Of a stretch of DNA of 64,000 nt, positions 27,506-36,379 are shown in pieces (within the stretch, counting starts at the first letter, position 1; each line of letters starts with the position of its first letter). Below the pieces are notes generated by a model that was given only the letters and a program-made list of their open reading frames with translations, did no database searches and was not told the DNA's origin. The translations under genes were made by a program, and so were the position numbers. This DNA comes from a bacterium (GTDB lineage: Bacteria > Electryoneota > Electryoneia > Electryoneales > Electryoneaceae), in contig CAXXKJ010000002.1 in the NCBI GenBank assembly GCA_963675295.2, positions 1,344,001 through 1,408,000 on the forward strand, written 5' to 3'.

Positions 27506-28117
27506 ATGGCCTCGAACGAAACAGCAGGAACTACGTACCAGTATCGGGTTTCCCGGAACGGTCAGATTGAATCGGTCAGTGATAATTGGGATGCATTTGC
27601 CCTGGGCAATGGTGGTGAGCACTGTATGTCCGACGCTGTCCTCGGCACCAGCCTGTGGTTGCACCTGTCCGGGGAACTTATTCGCGACCTGTATCGCCGG
27701 CTGGTGGACAAGGTGCTGCAAACGGGTGACCCCATCGAAATCCCCCTGCACTGTGATTCACCGGATCGCGTCCGTCACCTGACCCTGACCCTGCAACGTC
27801 TGTCTGAGGACGAAGTCGAGTTCACCAGCAAGGTGGAAAAGATTGTGAAACGAGATACGTTGTCATTGTTGTTTGGGGACATGTCGCGTGATCCGGATTG
27901 TTGGGTCACGATGTGCAGCTACTGCAAGGATATACAGGTTTCGGACGAAGAGTGGCAACCAACTGAACAGGCGGTGAAAACGTTGCAGCTGTTCGAACGT
28001 GACGCGCTGCCGCAGTTGACGCACGGTGTTTGCCCGGATTGCTATGACGAGGTGATGTCCGAATTGGATGATGATGACGCCGGTTCGTCCGGCAGCGAAA
28101 GCGGTTCGGACTCGTGA
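27506..28117 (+). CDS. PAS-like domain protein with C-terminal CxxC...HGxCxxC metal-binding domain
   Basis: GGAGG RBS; CDSPD; MCSYCKDI...W...THGVCPDC. Confidence 0.75.
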   Translation: MASNETAGTTYQYRVSRNGQIESVSDNWDAFALGNGGEHCMSDAVLGTSLWLHLSGELIRDLYRRLVDKVLQTGDPIEIPLHCDSPDRVRHLTLTLQRLSEDEVEFTSKVEKIVKRDTLSLLFGDMSRDPDCWVTMCSYCKDIQVSDEEWQPTEQAVKTLQLFERDALPQLTHGVCPDCYDEVMSELDDDDAGSSGSESGSDS

Positions 28118-28320
28118 TTTTCCGTGACTGAGATGAAGCTGTCCTGAAATCCCGCACAGCATCCTTTCTGTAATGCCAGTATCCTGTTCGTTTTTGTCCC
28201 CTGCCTCCTGCTCGAATCCATTTCATTGAGATCGTGTTCCCGTCCGAGTTGCATTATCGGCTCCCGGTTTGTATCCTCTTGCAGACAAGTTTGTCAGGCA
28301 AACAGGTTTGGGGGATCACG

Positions 28321-28980
28321 ATGGTCGGCAGTGTCAACGTAACTGCGGCGCGGCGCAAGGCGTTAGTCGCGCACATGTCGGACGGCATCTTCGAGTTGTA
28401 CATCGGGTGCATGCTCACCTGCATCGGCATCTTCGAGGTGCTGCAGCATCTGGGCTACGGAAATGGTTTTAACGCGGTGACAGCTCCGGTATACGTCATC
28501 TTTCCACTGTTCATGGTGTTCATCTTCAAGCGGACCGTCACCCGCAAACGTATCGGCTATGTCGATTTCAAGCATTCGCGTCACAAGGTCAACATGTTGC
28601 ACCTGGGATTGGTCTGGGTGATCGCGTTGGTGCTGTTCGCGCTGGTGGTGTTGCTGCAGAATACGGTCGGGGCGGACCCGGCCGCAGAAGGCTTGAAGGA
28701 TGCGATCAAACCGTTCCTCGGCCTGTACCTGGCGATTTGGATCGGGGTGGTGATCAGTACGATGGCGGTCATGGGTGAGGCACACAAGTGGCACATCGGG
28801 TCGATCTTTTTCCTCGTCGTGTATGCCTTACTCTACTTGCTCAAGGTCCACATCAGCTACGGATTTCTGATTTGTGGCGGAGCGTTGCTGGTTTACGGTG
28901 CCATTCAGTTGACACGGTTCCTGCGTGACAACCCGGTGTTGCCTCCGGACGAGTACGAAGGACCGGCGCACGATGCCTGA
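28321..28980 (+). CDS. Multi-pass membrane protein
   Basis: About 6 hydrophobic segments; DGIFELYIG, RIGYVDF; overlaps downstream wHTH gene. Confidence 0.75.
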   Translation: MVGSVNVTAARRKALVAHMSDGIFELYIGCMLTCIGIFEVLQHLGYGNGFNAVTAPVYVIFPLFMVFIFKRTVTRKRIGYVDFKHSRHKVNMLHLGLVWVIALVLFALVVLLQNTVGADPAAEGLKDAIKPFLGLYLAIWIGVVISTMAVMGEAHKWHIGSIFFLVVYALLYLLKVHISYGFLICGGALLVYGAIQLTRFLRDNPVLPPDEYEGPAHDA

Positions 28981-29332
28981 ACGCAACGCACACCGTGACG
29001 GGCCTCAGCAAAGCAGCGCAGCAGACCCGAAAGCGCACTCGTCCAAGGCGGACATTGAGTTGGATGAGATCGTACATGCTCCAGCGCGGCTGCTGATCAT
29101 GGCGACGCTGTCCGTGGTCAATTCGGCCGATTTCAACTTCCTGCTGAAGCAGACCGAGCTTACCCGGGGCAACCTCTCCTCGCACCTCAGTCGTCTGGAA
29201 CAGGCGAGGTATGTTGAGATCAAGAAAGAGTTTGTCGATAAGATTCCCCGCACCTTGATCCGTTTGTCAGACAAGGGTTTCGCCGCCTTCGAGACGTACC
29301 GCAAGAACATGTCGCAGATGCTCGGAAAATGA
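28973..29332 (+). CDS. Winged-helix (ArsR/MarR-like) transcriptional regulator
   Basis: LDEIVHAPARLLIM...ADFNFL...LTRGNLSSHLSRLE...YVEIKKEF...PRT. Confidence 0.88.
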   Translation: MPERNAHRDGPQQSSAADPKAHSSKADIELDEIVHAPARLLIMATLSVVNSADFNFLLKQTELTRGNLSSHLSRLEQARYVEIKKEFVDKIPRTLIRLSDKGFAAFETYRKNMSQMLGK

Positions 29333-29523
29333 GGGAATCCACCTCCCAGATAACCTCAGCGCCGTTTCTTTCGTCCCATGTATATGCCCACGTCATTCAT
29401 GTCGTGGCTGGTCCGGCCGCCGCAGTCTGGTTGCCTTTTTGTCTGACAGGGAGTACGTTTCACCGGGGGAGACGCACGCCAACCCACCCGGCGTGCGCGT
29501 GACATCACGGACAGGACGATCCG

Positions 29524-32100
29524 ATGAAGAACAAGCTGATCATTGGTTTCATCTGGGTTCTCATCGCTTACATGATCGGTGACTGGGCGTATAATGTGTA
29601 CGGTCCGATGCGTCTGCTGAGCGAGTTTTCCGGCATCAGCAATCTCCAGACAGACGTTGTCCTCGATCCCACCAGCCAGGCCTATCTCTTCACCGAGGTG
29701 GATGCCGAGGAGTTCAGCGGACGCCTTACTCCGGCGGTCAACGACACCCTGATCGCCTTGGGTGACAAAACCCTCAGCGATTCCCTCGTCACCAACATCT
29801 TCTCCGGCATACACGCCGCCGGCGACACGTTAACCGTCACCATCGGCAGCGAGCTCGGCCGGTACGACAGCCTGGTCACGTATCCGAAGCGGTCGCTCAG
29901 CCTCACCATGTTCATCCTGCTGTTCCAGGCGTTGTTCCCGTTGCCGTTCTTCTTCGTCGCGATCTGGGCGATGTCGAAACGGGCGATGAACGCCGGGGTG
30001 CGTGTGCTGGCATTGCTGCTGCTGTCGTTGTCGGTCATCTTCATCATCAGCATCCAGAGCACCGCCGCCGGCATCCGTATGGCACTGATGGGCGAGACGG
30101 AGATGACGCTCTCCTCCTTCCACCTGATGTGGTACAACATGCCGGCGTTTATCCTCGCGGCGATGAACACCGGCTTCTGGTTCCACTTGGCGTTTCTCTT
30201 CCCTTCGCCCGCACCCTTCCTGCGCAAGCACGCCTGGGCGATTTACCTGTTCGCGTATGCCACCAACCTCGTCTTCGTCATCCTGATGATCCAGAACCCG
30301 ATGATGACAGTCGAAGACGCTGTTTCCCCGATCCAGATCGGATCGTCCATCTTCGGTATCGTGCAGATCCTGTTCGGGCTCGGGGTGTTCATCTATCGTG
30401 GTATCAAGACCAAGTCGCCACTCGAGAAACGCCAGATCAAGGTGCTGCTGCAGAGTGTCGGGCTGGGGCTGGTGCTGATGTTCGTCTCCGCGATGGCGAT
30501 GCTGCTGTTCGTCTCGAAAGGTGGGATGAATGTCGCCGGGATCATGGTTGCGTATGTCGGCCTGATCGCCGGCCTGATGATGATCCCGCTCGGCTTCGCG
30601 TACGCTTTCAGCAAGTACCGTCTGCTCGAAGTCGAAGGCAAACTCAAGCGCGGAATGGTCTACCTGCTGACCTCCGGCGGCCTCTTGCTGCTGGTGCTGC
30701 TGATCTTCTACGTCGCGACCAGCCTCGTCATCAACAAATACGGCTGGGAGAACAAATCGGCCATCGTCTTCTTCACGCTCGTGCTGGTGATGGCGTACGT
30801 GCCGGTGCACAACATCCTCCAGAAACGCATCGAACGCCGCATCTTCCGCACCCGTTGGAAACTGCGCGAGATGCTGGAAAACTTCCTCGAGATCACGTCG
30901 TCCCTGCCCGACCGCACTCGCCTGTGGGAGGAGTTCGGCAAACGCCTGCAGGACAACATCGGCGTGCGTACGATGCACATCTTCCTGTTGGATCCGTCCG
31001 AACGCCGTTTCCACCGCCTCAACGGCGACGCCGTCGCGCTGCCCGAGGATGGCGCGCTGCAGGTCGAATTGAGCAAACAGGTCCGCGCGTTGATGGTCGA
31101 AGAGATCGAGGGCAGCAACGAGATCGTCATCTCGACGCCGGAACGCGAATGGCTGGACGAGCTCGGCGCGACGGTCCTCGTCCCGATCCAGATCCACAAG
31201 GAGCTCGTCGGCATCATGGCGCTCGAGTTCGAGTACGGTTACGACGAAATCAAGGCCGGCGAACTGGACATCCTCGTCAGCATCACCACCCGTGTCGCAT
31301 TGGAGAACGAGAACCTCCGGCTGCACGAGGACAACGTCGAAAAGCAACGCCTCGAGGAACAGCTCGCCACCGCCCGCCAGGTGCAGCAACAGTTCCTGCC
31401 GGAATCGTTGCCCACGACACCCGGCCTGCAGATCGCAGCGCACTGCCAGTTCTGCCTCGAGGTCGCGGGGGACACGTTCGACGTCATCCCGCTCAAGGAC
31501 GACAAGACCCTGTTCGCGGTCGGGGACGTCTCCGGCAAGGGCGCGGGCGCGGCGATGATCATGGCGAACGTACAGGCGTCCGTGCGCGCGATGGCCGACA
31601 CCGGGCTGGCGTTGTCGACGATGATCGAGCGTGTCAACACCCTGATCGCCCACAGCACCTCGCCCGAACAGTTCATCACCTACTTCGCGGCGATTTACGA
31701 CCCGCACGCGCACACATTAACCTGCGTCAACGCCGGTCACAACCCGCCACGCATCGTGCGCACAAACGGCGACGTCGTCGAGCTGACCGAGGGCGGGCTG
31801 ATCCTCGGCATCATGGCCGACATGCCGTACGCGCAGCAGGAACTGGCGTTCGAGGACGGGGATGTGCTGGTCGCGTTCACCGACGGCATCAGCGAGGCGA
31901 ACGATCCCAATGAGGAGATGTACGGCGAGGAACGGATCGTCGAGGTCGTGCAGGAGCACCGCGCCAGTGATCCCGAATCCATCTACACTGCCCTGATCCA
32001 GGACCTGGACACCTACCGCCGCGACACCCCGCTCGATGATGATGTGACGATCTTCATCGCGAAGGGGGAAGTTTCAAACTTCATTCCCAATAATAAATGA
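29524..32100 (+). CDS. Membrane-bound SpoIIE/RsbU-type PP2C phosphatase (TM sensor + GAF-like + PP2C)
   Basis: About 9 TM helices; AGDTFD, VGDVSGKG, NAGHNPP, FTDGISEA, DDDVT. Confidence 0.9.
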   Translation: MKNKLIIGFIWVLIAYMIGDWAYNVYGPMRLLSEFSGISNLQTDVVLDPTSQAYLFTEVDAEEFSGRLTPAVNDTLIALGDKTLSDSLVTNIFSGIHAAGDTLTVTIGSELGRYDSLVTYPKRSLSLTMFILLFQALFPLPFFFVAIWAMSKRAMNAGVRVLALLLLSLSVIFIISIQSTAAGIRMALMGETEMTLSSFHLMWYNMPAFILAAMNTGFWFHLAFLFPSPAPFLRKHAWAIYLFAYATNLVFVILMIQNPMMTVEDAVSPIQIGSSIFGIVQILFGLGVFIYRGIKTKSPLEKRQIKVLLQSVGLGLVLMFVSAMAMLLFVSKGGMNVAGIMVAYVGLIAGLMMIPLGFAYAFSKYRLLEVEGKLKRGMVYLLTSGGLLLLVLLIFYVATSLVINKYGWENKSAIVFFTLVLVMAYVPVHNILQKRIERRIFRTRWKLREMLENFLEITSSLPDRTRLWEEFGKRLQDNIGVRTMHIFLLDPSERRFHRLNGDAVALPEDGALQVELSKQVRALMVEEIEGSNEIVISTPEREWLDELGATVLVPIQIHKELVGIMALEFEYGYDEIKAGELDILVSITTRVALENENLRLHEDNVEKQRLEEQLATARQVQQQFLPESLPTTPGLQIAAHCQFCLEVAGDTFDVIPLKDDKTLFAVGDVSGKGAGAAMIMANVQASVRAMADTGLALSTMIERVNTLIAHSTSPEQFITYFAAIYDPHAHTLTCVNAGHNPPRIVRTNGDVVELTEGGLILGIMADMPYAQQELAFEDGDVLVAFTDGISEANDPNEEMYGEERIVEVVQEHRASDPESIYTALIQDLDTYRRDTPLDDDVTIFIAKGEVSNFIPNNK

Positions 32101-33837
32101 TCAATCTAATATACTTTCTACTATTTCAACTAGTGGTTCTATATCAGAAATCAATAAATTCGTTATAATATCACTATTTGAAACATCTATCATATATTTT
32201 TTCTTGATATCACATCTAATATGTTTTATTACTTCTTTTCCTGGTACTAAAGCTGCCTTATTTGTATTCCATTTATTATTAAACGATAGTTTATGTTCTT
32301 TAATTAGTGTTGATTCATCAATACCTCTTCTTTCCTTTTTATGATGCTTTAGATAAAACGACATATAATTAGTATCGCATTCATCAAAATATTCTTCTAA
32401 TATGCTATCTATTAAATCTTCAATTTCGCTTTCTAATACTTCACTTCCCTTTTTTGTGAGTGCTTTATGTATCGCTTTGGAGTTAATCATATAATTTTCT
32501 ATCTCTTTGACTGGTAATACCCATACAGAAACTCCTTCATCATTAATATGCGTTTTAAATAACTCATTTTCATCATCACAAAAATAATCAGAATCAAATA
32601 CAGAATAATATTTCACTTTTTTAGAGCTCAGTAATTCAGTATGAGTCTCAATATGATCAAGCTGATTTGAACCACCTCTTCCACCTGTGGATTGTATAGC
32701 GATATCTCGATCTCTCCTTGGTTTTGGATGACCAGTTGCAGCAGAGTAATATTGGCAAATATAGTTAAAATCTTTACCTTCTACGAATAACAATTTGCCT
32801 AAATGAATGGCATTATAGAGGTTAATGTTGACCGTAACACCAATAGAATTTAGCAATGATTCTATTTGCCTGTGATCAACAAGTCTCTGAGATTTTCTTC
32901 TACCTCTCTTGACTTGGATAATATCAGTTGGGTCAGCTTTATTTATTATCTCCAACGAATGTGTTGCCAATATTACTTGAACATTTAAATCAAATGCTAT
33001 ATCCATCAATTTATTTTGCATTGCTGGATGAAGATATGCGTCTGGTTCATCCATGACTAATACACCTGCATTAACACTTCTTGTCAAGGCTGATATCATT
33101 TGCAACCATATTTGAAAACCATGACCTGCCCATGCAATTTCTCTTCTATGTGATCCTTCATAAAAATTCATTTCCAAGTAAGTGTTTGTAATACCATCTT
33201 CTACAACCGTTTTCTTATGAGGTTTTCTTACAGATACAGAGGAATCCCATGATTCTCTCACCAGTTTGGCAAATTTGTCAAATGAATCGTCAAAATTATA
33301 CCAATAATTTCTAAAATGATAAGGACGAATATCGCGTACCGTCATGGATTTTAGATATTTTTCGCTAAGGACTTGTTCTCGAGGAGGAAACAGTGATAAT
33401 TCTCCAAAACAAATAATATTAGGTAATAAAACATCTTTAATTCTTTTAATACCAACATCAATATCATCATCATCGTATAATACAGCAGTATAACCATGAT
33501 CATCACTTATATTAATAACTAAATTATATCCAGATTTGAAATTAACACCTATAATAGTTTTATTATTTGTATTATTGCGTTTACAGCTTTTGTATGGAAA
33601 TGAATTAAAAGAATCAGGAAGATCAACCCCTTCAACTTCTGCATCATCAGTTGAAAACGTGCACCAATACCTCTTAGTGTGAATCATAGCATTTAATGCT
33701 TCTTCTGCTAATCTTAGAGCTCCTAATAGCGTTGATTTACCAGAATTATTGGGGCCAACTAGAATGTTTGTAGCATCAAAATCTAAAGAAAAACGATCAA
33801 AACCTTTTAAGTTTTGAACATATATGCTATTTATCAT
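32101..33837 (-). CDS. AT-rich OLD/GajA-like ABC-ATPase + TOPRIM nuclease (candidate defence protein)
   Basis: Walker A GPNNSGKS, GHGFQ, DEPDAYLHP, ATHS, TOPRIM FVEGKD / FDSD / EIENY; GC roughly 30%. Confidence 0.82.
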   Translation of the reverse strand: MINSIYVQNLKGFDRFSLDFDATNILVGPNNSGKSTLLGALRLAEEALNAMIHTKRYWCTFSTDDAEVEGVDLPDSFNSFPYKSCKRNNTNNKTIIGVNFKSGYNLVINISDDHGYTAVLYDDDDIDVGIKRIKDVLLPNIICFGELSLFPPREQVLSEKYLKSMTVRDIRPYHFRNYWYNFDDSFDKFAKLVRESWDSSVSVRKPHKKTVVEDGITNTYLEMNFYEGSHRREIAWAGHGFQIWLQMISALTRSVNAGVLVMDEPDAYLHPAMQNKLMDIAFDLNVQVILATHSLEIINKADPTDIIQVKRGRRKSQRLVDHRQIESLLNSIGVTVNINLYNAIHLGKLLFVEGKDFNYICQYYSAATGHPKPRRDRDIAIQSTGGRGGSNQLDHIETHTELLSSKKVKYYSVFDSDYFCDDENELFKTHINDEGVSVWVLPVKEIENYMINSKAIHKALTKKGSEVLESEIEDLIDSILEEYFDECDTNYMSFYLKHHKKERRGIDESTLIKEHKLSFNNKWNTNKAALVPGKEVIKHIRCDIKKKYMIDVSNSDIITNLLISDIEPLVEIVESILD

Positions 33838-34184
33838 CTTGGACCTCAACTCCGAGCTGATGTCTGTCCTAGTAAAGCTTCAGTATCGAATGCTGCGATG
33901 GTAAGAGATAGCTGCTAAGGATTCTTTGGCAAATACACCAATCAAGATACGTAAAAATTTCTGCTTGACAACAGCTCTCGTTGTTCGTATTATCCGTTGA
34001 ACATCCGTTCAGGCTCTGGGCGGATACCTCACCCAAACACACCACCCGCCGCACCAAATGCACCTCGCCGCCGTCAAACGCCTCGTGCTCACCCTGACCT
34101 CTGTCGTCAGAACCCTGCTTCACCGCGTCACGCCAGATGGGCTCCGCGGCGCGAGACAGCTGCCCTCCACCCATGCCTTCATCT

Positions 34185-34540
34185 CCACCCCGAAGGGGTG
34201 GCATCTGACTAGCTCCGGGTGTCAACCCGGGGATACGAATCGACCACCCACCCCCGTCGCAGCATCCGCCCTGAAGGGGCGGCATCTTACGAATCTTGGG
34301 AAGGATCGCTCAGCATGCTCACCCCATGATTCCACCCCGTCAGGGTGGAATCGCGTCACACCCACCCCAGCGGGGTGGTACGTGATTAGCCCTGGGATTC
34401 ATCCCGGGGAGACGGAATGCTCACCCACCCCCGCCGCAGCCCCCACCCCGAAGGGGTGGCATCTACGTAGCTCCGGGTGTCAACCCGGGGATACGAATCG
34501 ACCACCACCCCCCACTGCGGCCCCCGCCCTGAAGGGGCGG
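34185..34540. repeat. Cluster of composite REP-like palindromic units (two near-identical 98-nt units plus a degenerate one)
   Basis: CCACCCCGAAGGGGTGGCATCT..TAGCTCCGGGTGTCAACCCGGGGATACGAATCGACCACC..CCGCCCTGAAGGGGCGG at 34185..34282 and 34443..34540; variant at 34362..34440. Confidence 0.88.
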
Positions 34541-34634
34541 TACAGTGAGCCCCAAGCCCGAAGTCCCGAGCCCAGAGCCCCGCGTCCCACGCGATGATTC
34601 GTCCCCGATAACTCGCAATGCGTCCTGTGAACCG

Positions 34635-35192
34635 TTACGCGGCGACTTCCCGTCGGACGAGCAGGGTATGCAGGGCGGCGAAGAGCAGCAGGATTGCGGC
34701 GGTGACAAATCCGCAGCTGGCGTAGGCGGATGGGAGGAGGAACGCGAACAGGATTCCGGTGGCGATCATGAGGCCGGCGAGCACGGCGAAGGATTTCATC
34801 GCGTAGATGTAGACGAATGGCAGCCAGTGGGCACCAATCAGCACCGTGAACGCCGGGTAGAACAGGTGCTCACGGCCGCCGGCGGTCGCCATGAAGATCA
34901 GCGGCAGGCCCAGCGGAATGGTGAGCGCGATCCATGTATTCAGGACAGGCAGGCGGTTGGCTGGATCGGGGACAGGCAGTTTCAGCAGTTTCTCGCCGAG
35001 GGTCGCGATCGGGTGGATGAACATGCCACCAAGCAGCAGGACCAGCATGGAAAACGGGATCTGGCCAGCCGCTCCCAGTGTGGCGGAGATCAGCCACAGC
35101 AGTCCCTCAACCAGCAGGTAAACCGATCCGCCCCGATGACAATGGCGATACTCGCGGTGCGGATCGTGGAGGGCGCGGTTTAACGGTTCCAT
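34635..35192 (-). CDS. Membrane protein (DUF7010-like)
   Basis: About 6 TM segments; FYPAF.VLIGAHWLPF..IY motif. Confidence 0.7.
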   Translation of the reverse strand: MEPLNRALHDPHREYRHCHRGGSVYLLVEGLLWLISATLGAAGQIPFSMLVLLLGGMFIHPIATLGEKLLKLPVPDPANRLPVLNTWIALTIPLGLPLIFMATAGGREHLFYPAFTVLIGAHWLPFVYIYAMKSFAVLAGLMIATGILFAFLLPSAYASCGFVTAAILLLFAALHTLLVRREVAA

Positions 35193-35299
35193 CTCATCAT
35201 GATACGGCCTGACCGCAGGTTTACCAACAGGGTAAAGGGGAACGACGTGGTTTAAGAACCAGACGCGCAAACGCACTCAGTACTGATTGTCGGATGCAC

Positions 35300-35911
35300 T
35301 CAGGCCTCGGCAGAGTACGGTGTCCGCCGATCCCGGCTCCAATGCAGGTATTTGCTAAGTTCATAGTCCACGTAGTTGGGGTCGAACTCTTCAGGATCGA
35401 AATCAATCTCGTCGTCACTCGTGGCACCCATCCACTCCAGAAAACGTTGGTATTCAGGGTGCTTCTTGTTTGCCAGAACGTCGAGGAACATTTCGTACCC
35501 GGGAGGGCCACCAATATCTTCCGGAGGGCAGCACCGGCTGCCGTCAACACAACTGATGGCCAGGTTAAACTCTACCGGCAGTTTGGGCAGGATTTTCTTA
35601 ACCGTCAGGGTATGCAACCAATCGTCCCCGAAGTCGTAGGTATAGGTGAACTTCATGCCCGGTTTCCGGACCACTGAACCCAGAATCACGTCACCTTCCT
35701 CGGCGCCATCTTCAGGCGATTCAGGATTCTCCGTATAGGTCTGCCCCTCAATGCTGAACATGTGCAGATGGGCATCCTCCCATCCCATGACGATCTGAAT
35801 AACATCGTGCAGCCGGTCCAGCGATATCGTATTCGGAACGATAAACTCCCTGAAAACAGACGGTTGAAGTCCCGTAAGTTCGATATGGATCTGGTAGAAT
35901 TCTTGTTTCAT
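35300..35911 (-). CDS. Plasmid pRiA4b ORF-3 family protein
   Basis: LDRLHDVIQIVMGWEDAHLH.F, YTYDFGDDW.H, CPPEDIGGPPGY. Confidence 0.9.
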   Translation of the reverse strand: MKQEFYQIHIELTGLQPSVFREFIVPNTISLDRLHDVIQIVMGWEDAHLHMFSIEGQTYTENPESPEDGAEEGDVILGSVVRKPGMKFTYTYDFGDDWLHTLTVKKILPKLPVEFNLAISCVDGSRCCPPEDIGGPPGYEMFLDVLANKKHPEYQRFLEWMGATSDDEIDFDPEEFDPNYVDYELSKYLHWSRDRRTPYSAEA

Positions 35912-36011
35912 TGTTGCTTCTCCTGTTTTGTGGTTGTTGTACGATGGTATGAAATGTAGGACGTGAAATCAGCCTTTCCATGCGCAATGTTTCGTTGGGG
36001 TACCGGCAGAG

Positions 36012-36036
36012 AAAACCCCGGGGCATATGCCCGGGG
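36012..36036 (-). terminator. Terminator after HicB-like gene
   Basis: CCCCGGG..CCGGGG stem with T run on minus strand. Confidence 0.65.
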
Positions 36037-36062
36037 CGAATCGGATGAAAATCGTAATTTAG

Positions 36063-36275
36063 TCAAGCGTAGCGCAGCTTACGTCCCTTCGGTTCCGGGA
36101 TGAGTCGTCCGGTTTCACGGGCAGTGTCGAGCCACAGCTCCATCGCATCACGTACGTTTTTCAGGGCGTCCTCGTGCGAGTCACCGTGCGCCAGGCAGCC
36201 CGGCAGTTCTGGAACTTCAGCAATGAAGAGTTGATCTTCTTCGTTCCAGTAAATGATAATCTCGTATTTCAGCAC
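36063..36275 (-). CDS. hicB: Short HicB-family antitoxin-like protein (no adjacent HicA)
   Basis: KYEIIIYW.EED..FIAEVPELPGC.AHG.S.E.AL...A.ELW...IPEP. Confidence 0.85.
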   Translation of the reverse strand: MLKYEIIIYWNEEDQLFIAEVPELPGCLAHGDSHEDALKNVRDAMELWLDTARETGRLIPEPKGRKLRYA

Positions 36276-36304
36276 GAATCTTTGCCCGAGGCTGTTGAGT
36301 CAGT

Positions 36305-36369
36305 CTTTCGTCCGTTTTCGCAGTTTTCGTGGACGTCTTTTCTTCCGTGTATTCCGTGTATTCCGTGGT
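36305..36369 (-). repeat. Degenerate 9-mer array in 3' UTR of lysS
   Basis: Minus strand ACCACGGAA TACACGGAA TACACGGAA GAAAAGACG TCCACGAAA ACTGCGAAA. Confidence 0.7.
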
Positions 36370-36379
36370 TGACCCGCCG

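Noticed and set aside
33869-34708. ORFs 33869..34285, 34058..34597, 34463..34708
   Set aside because: They span the REP-like palindrome cluster and yield repeated low-complexity peptides
32101-36275. Prophage or integrative element
   Set aside because: No integrase, transposase, att-like direct repeats or phage genes seen
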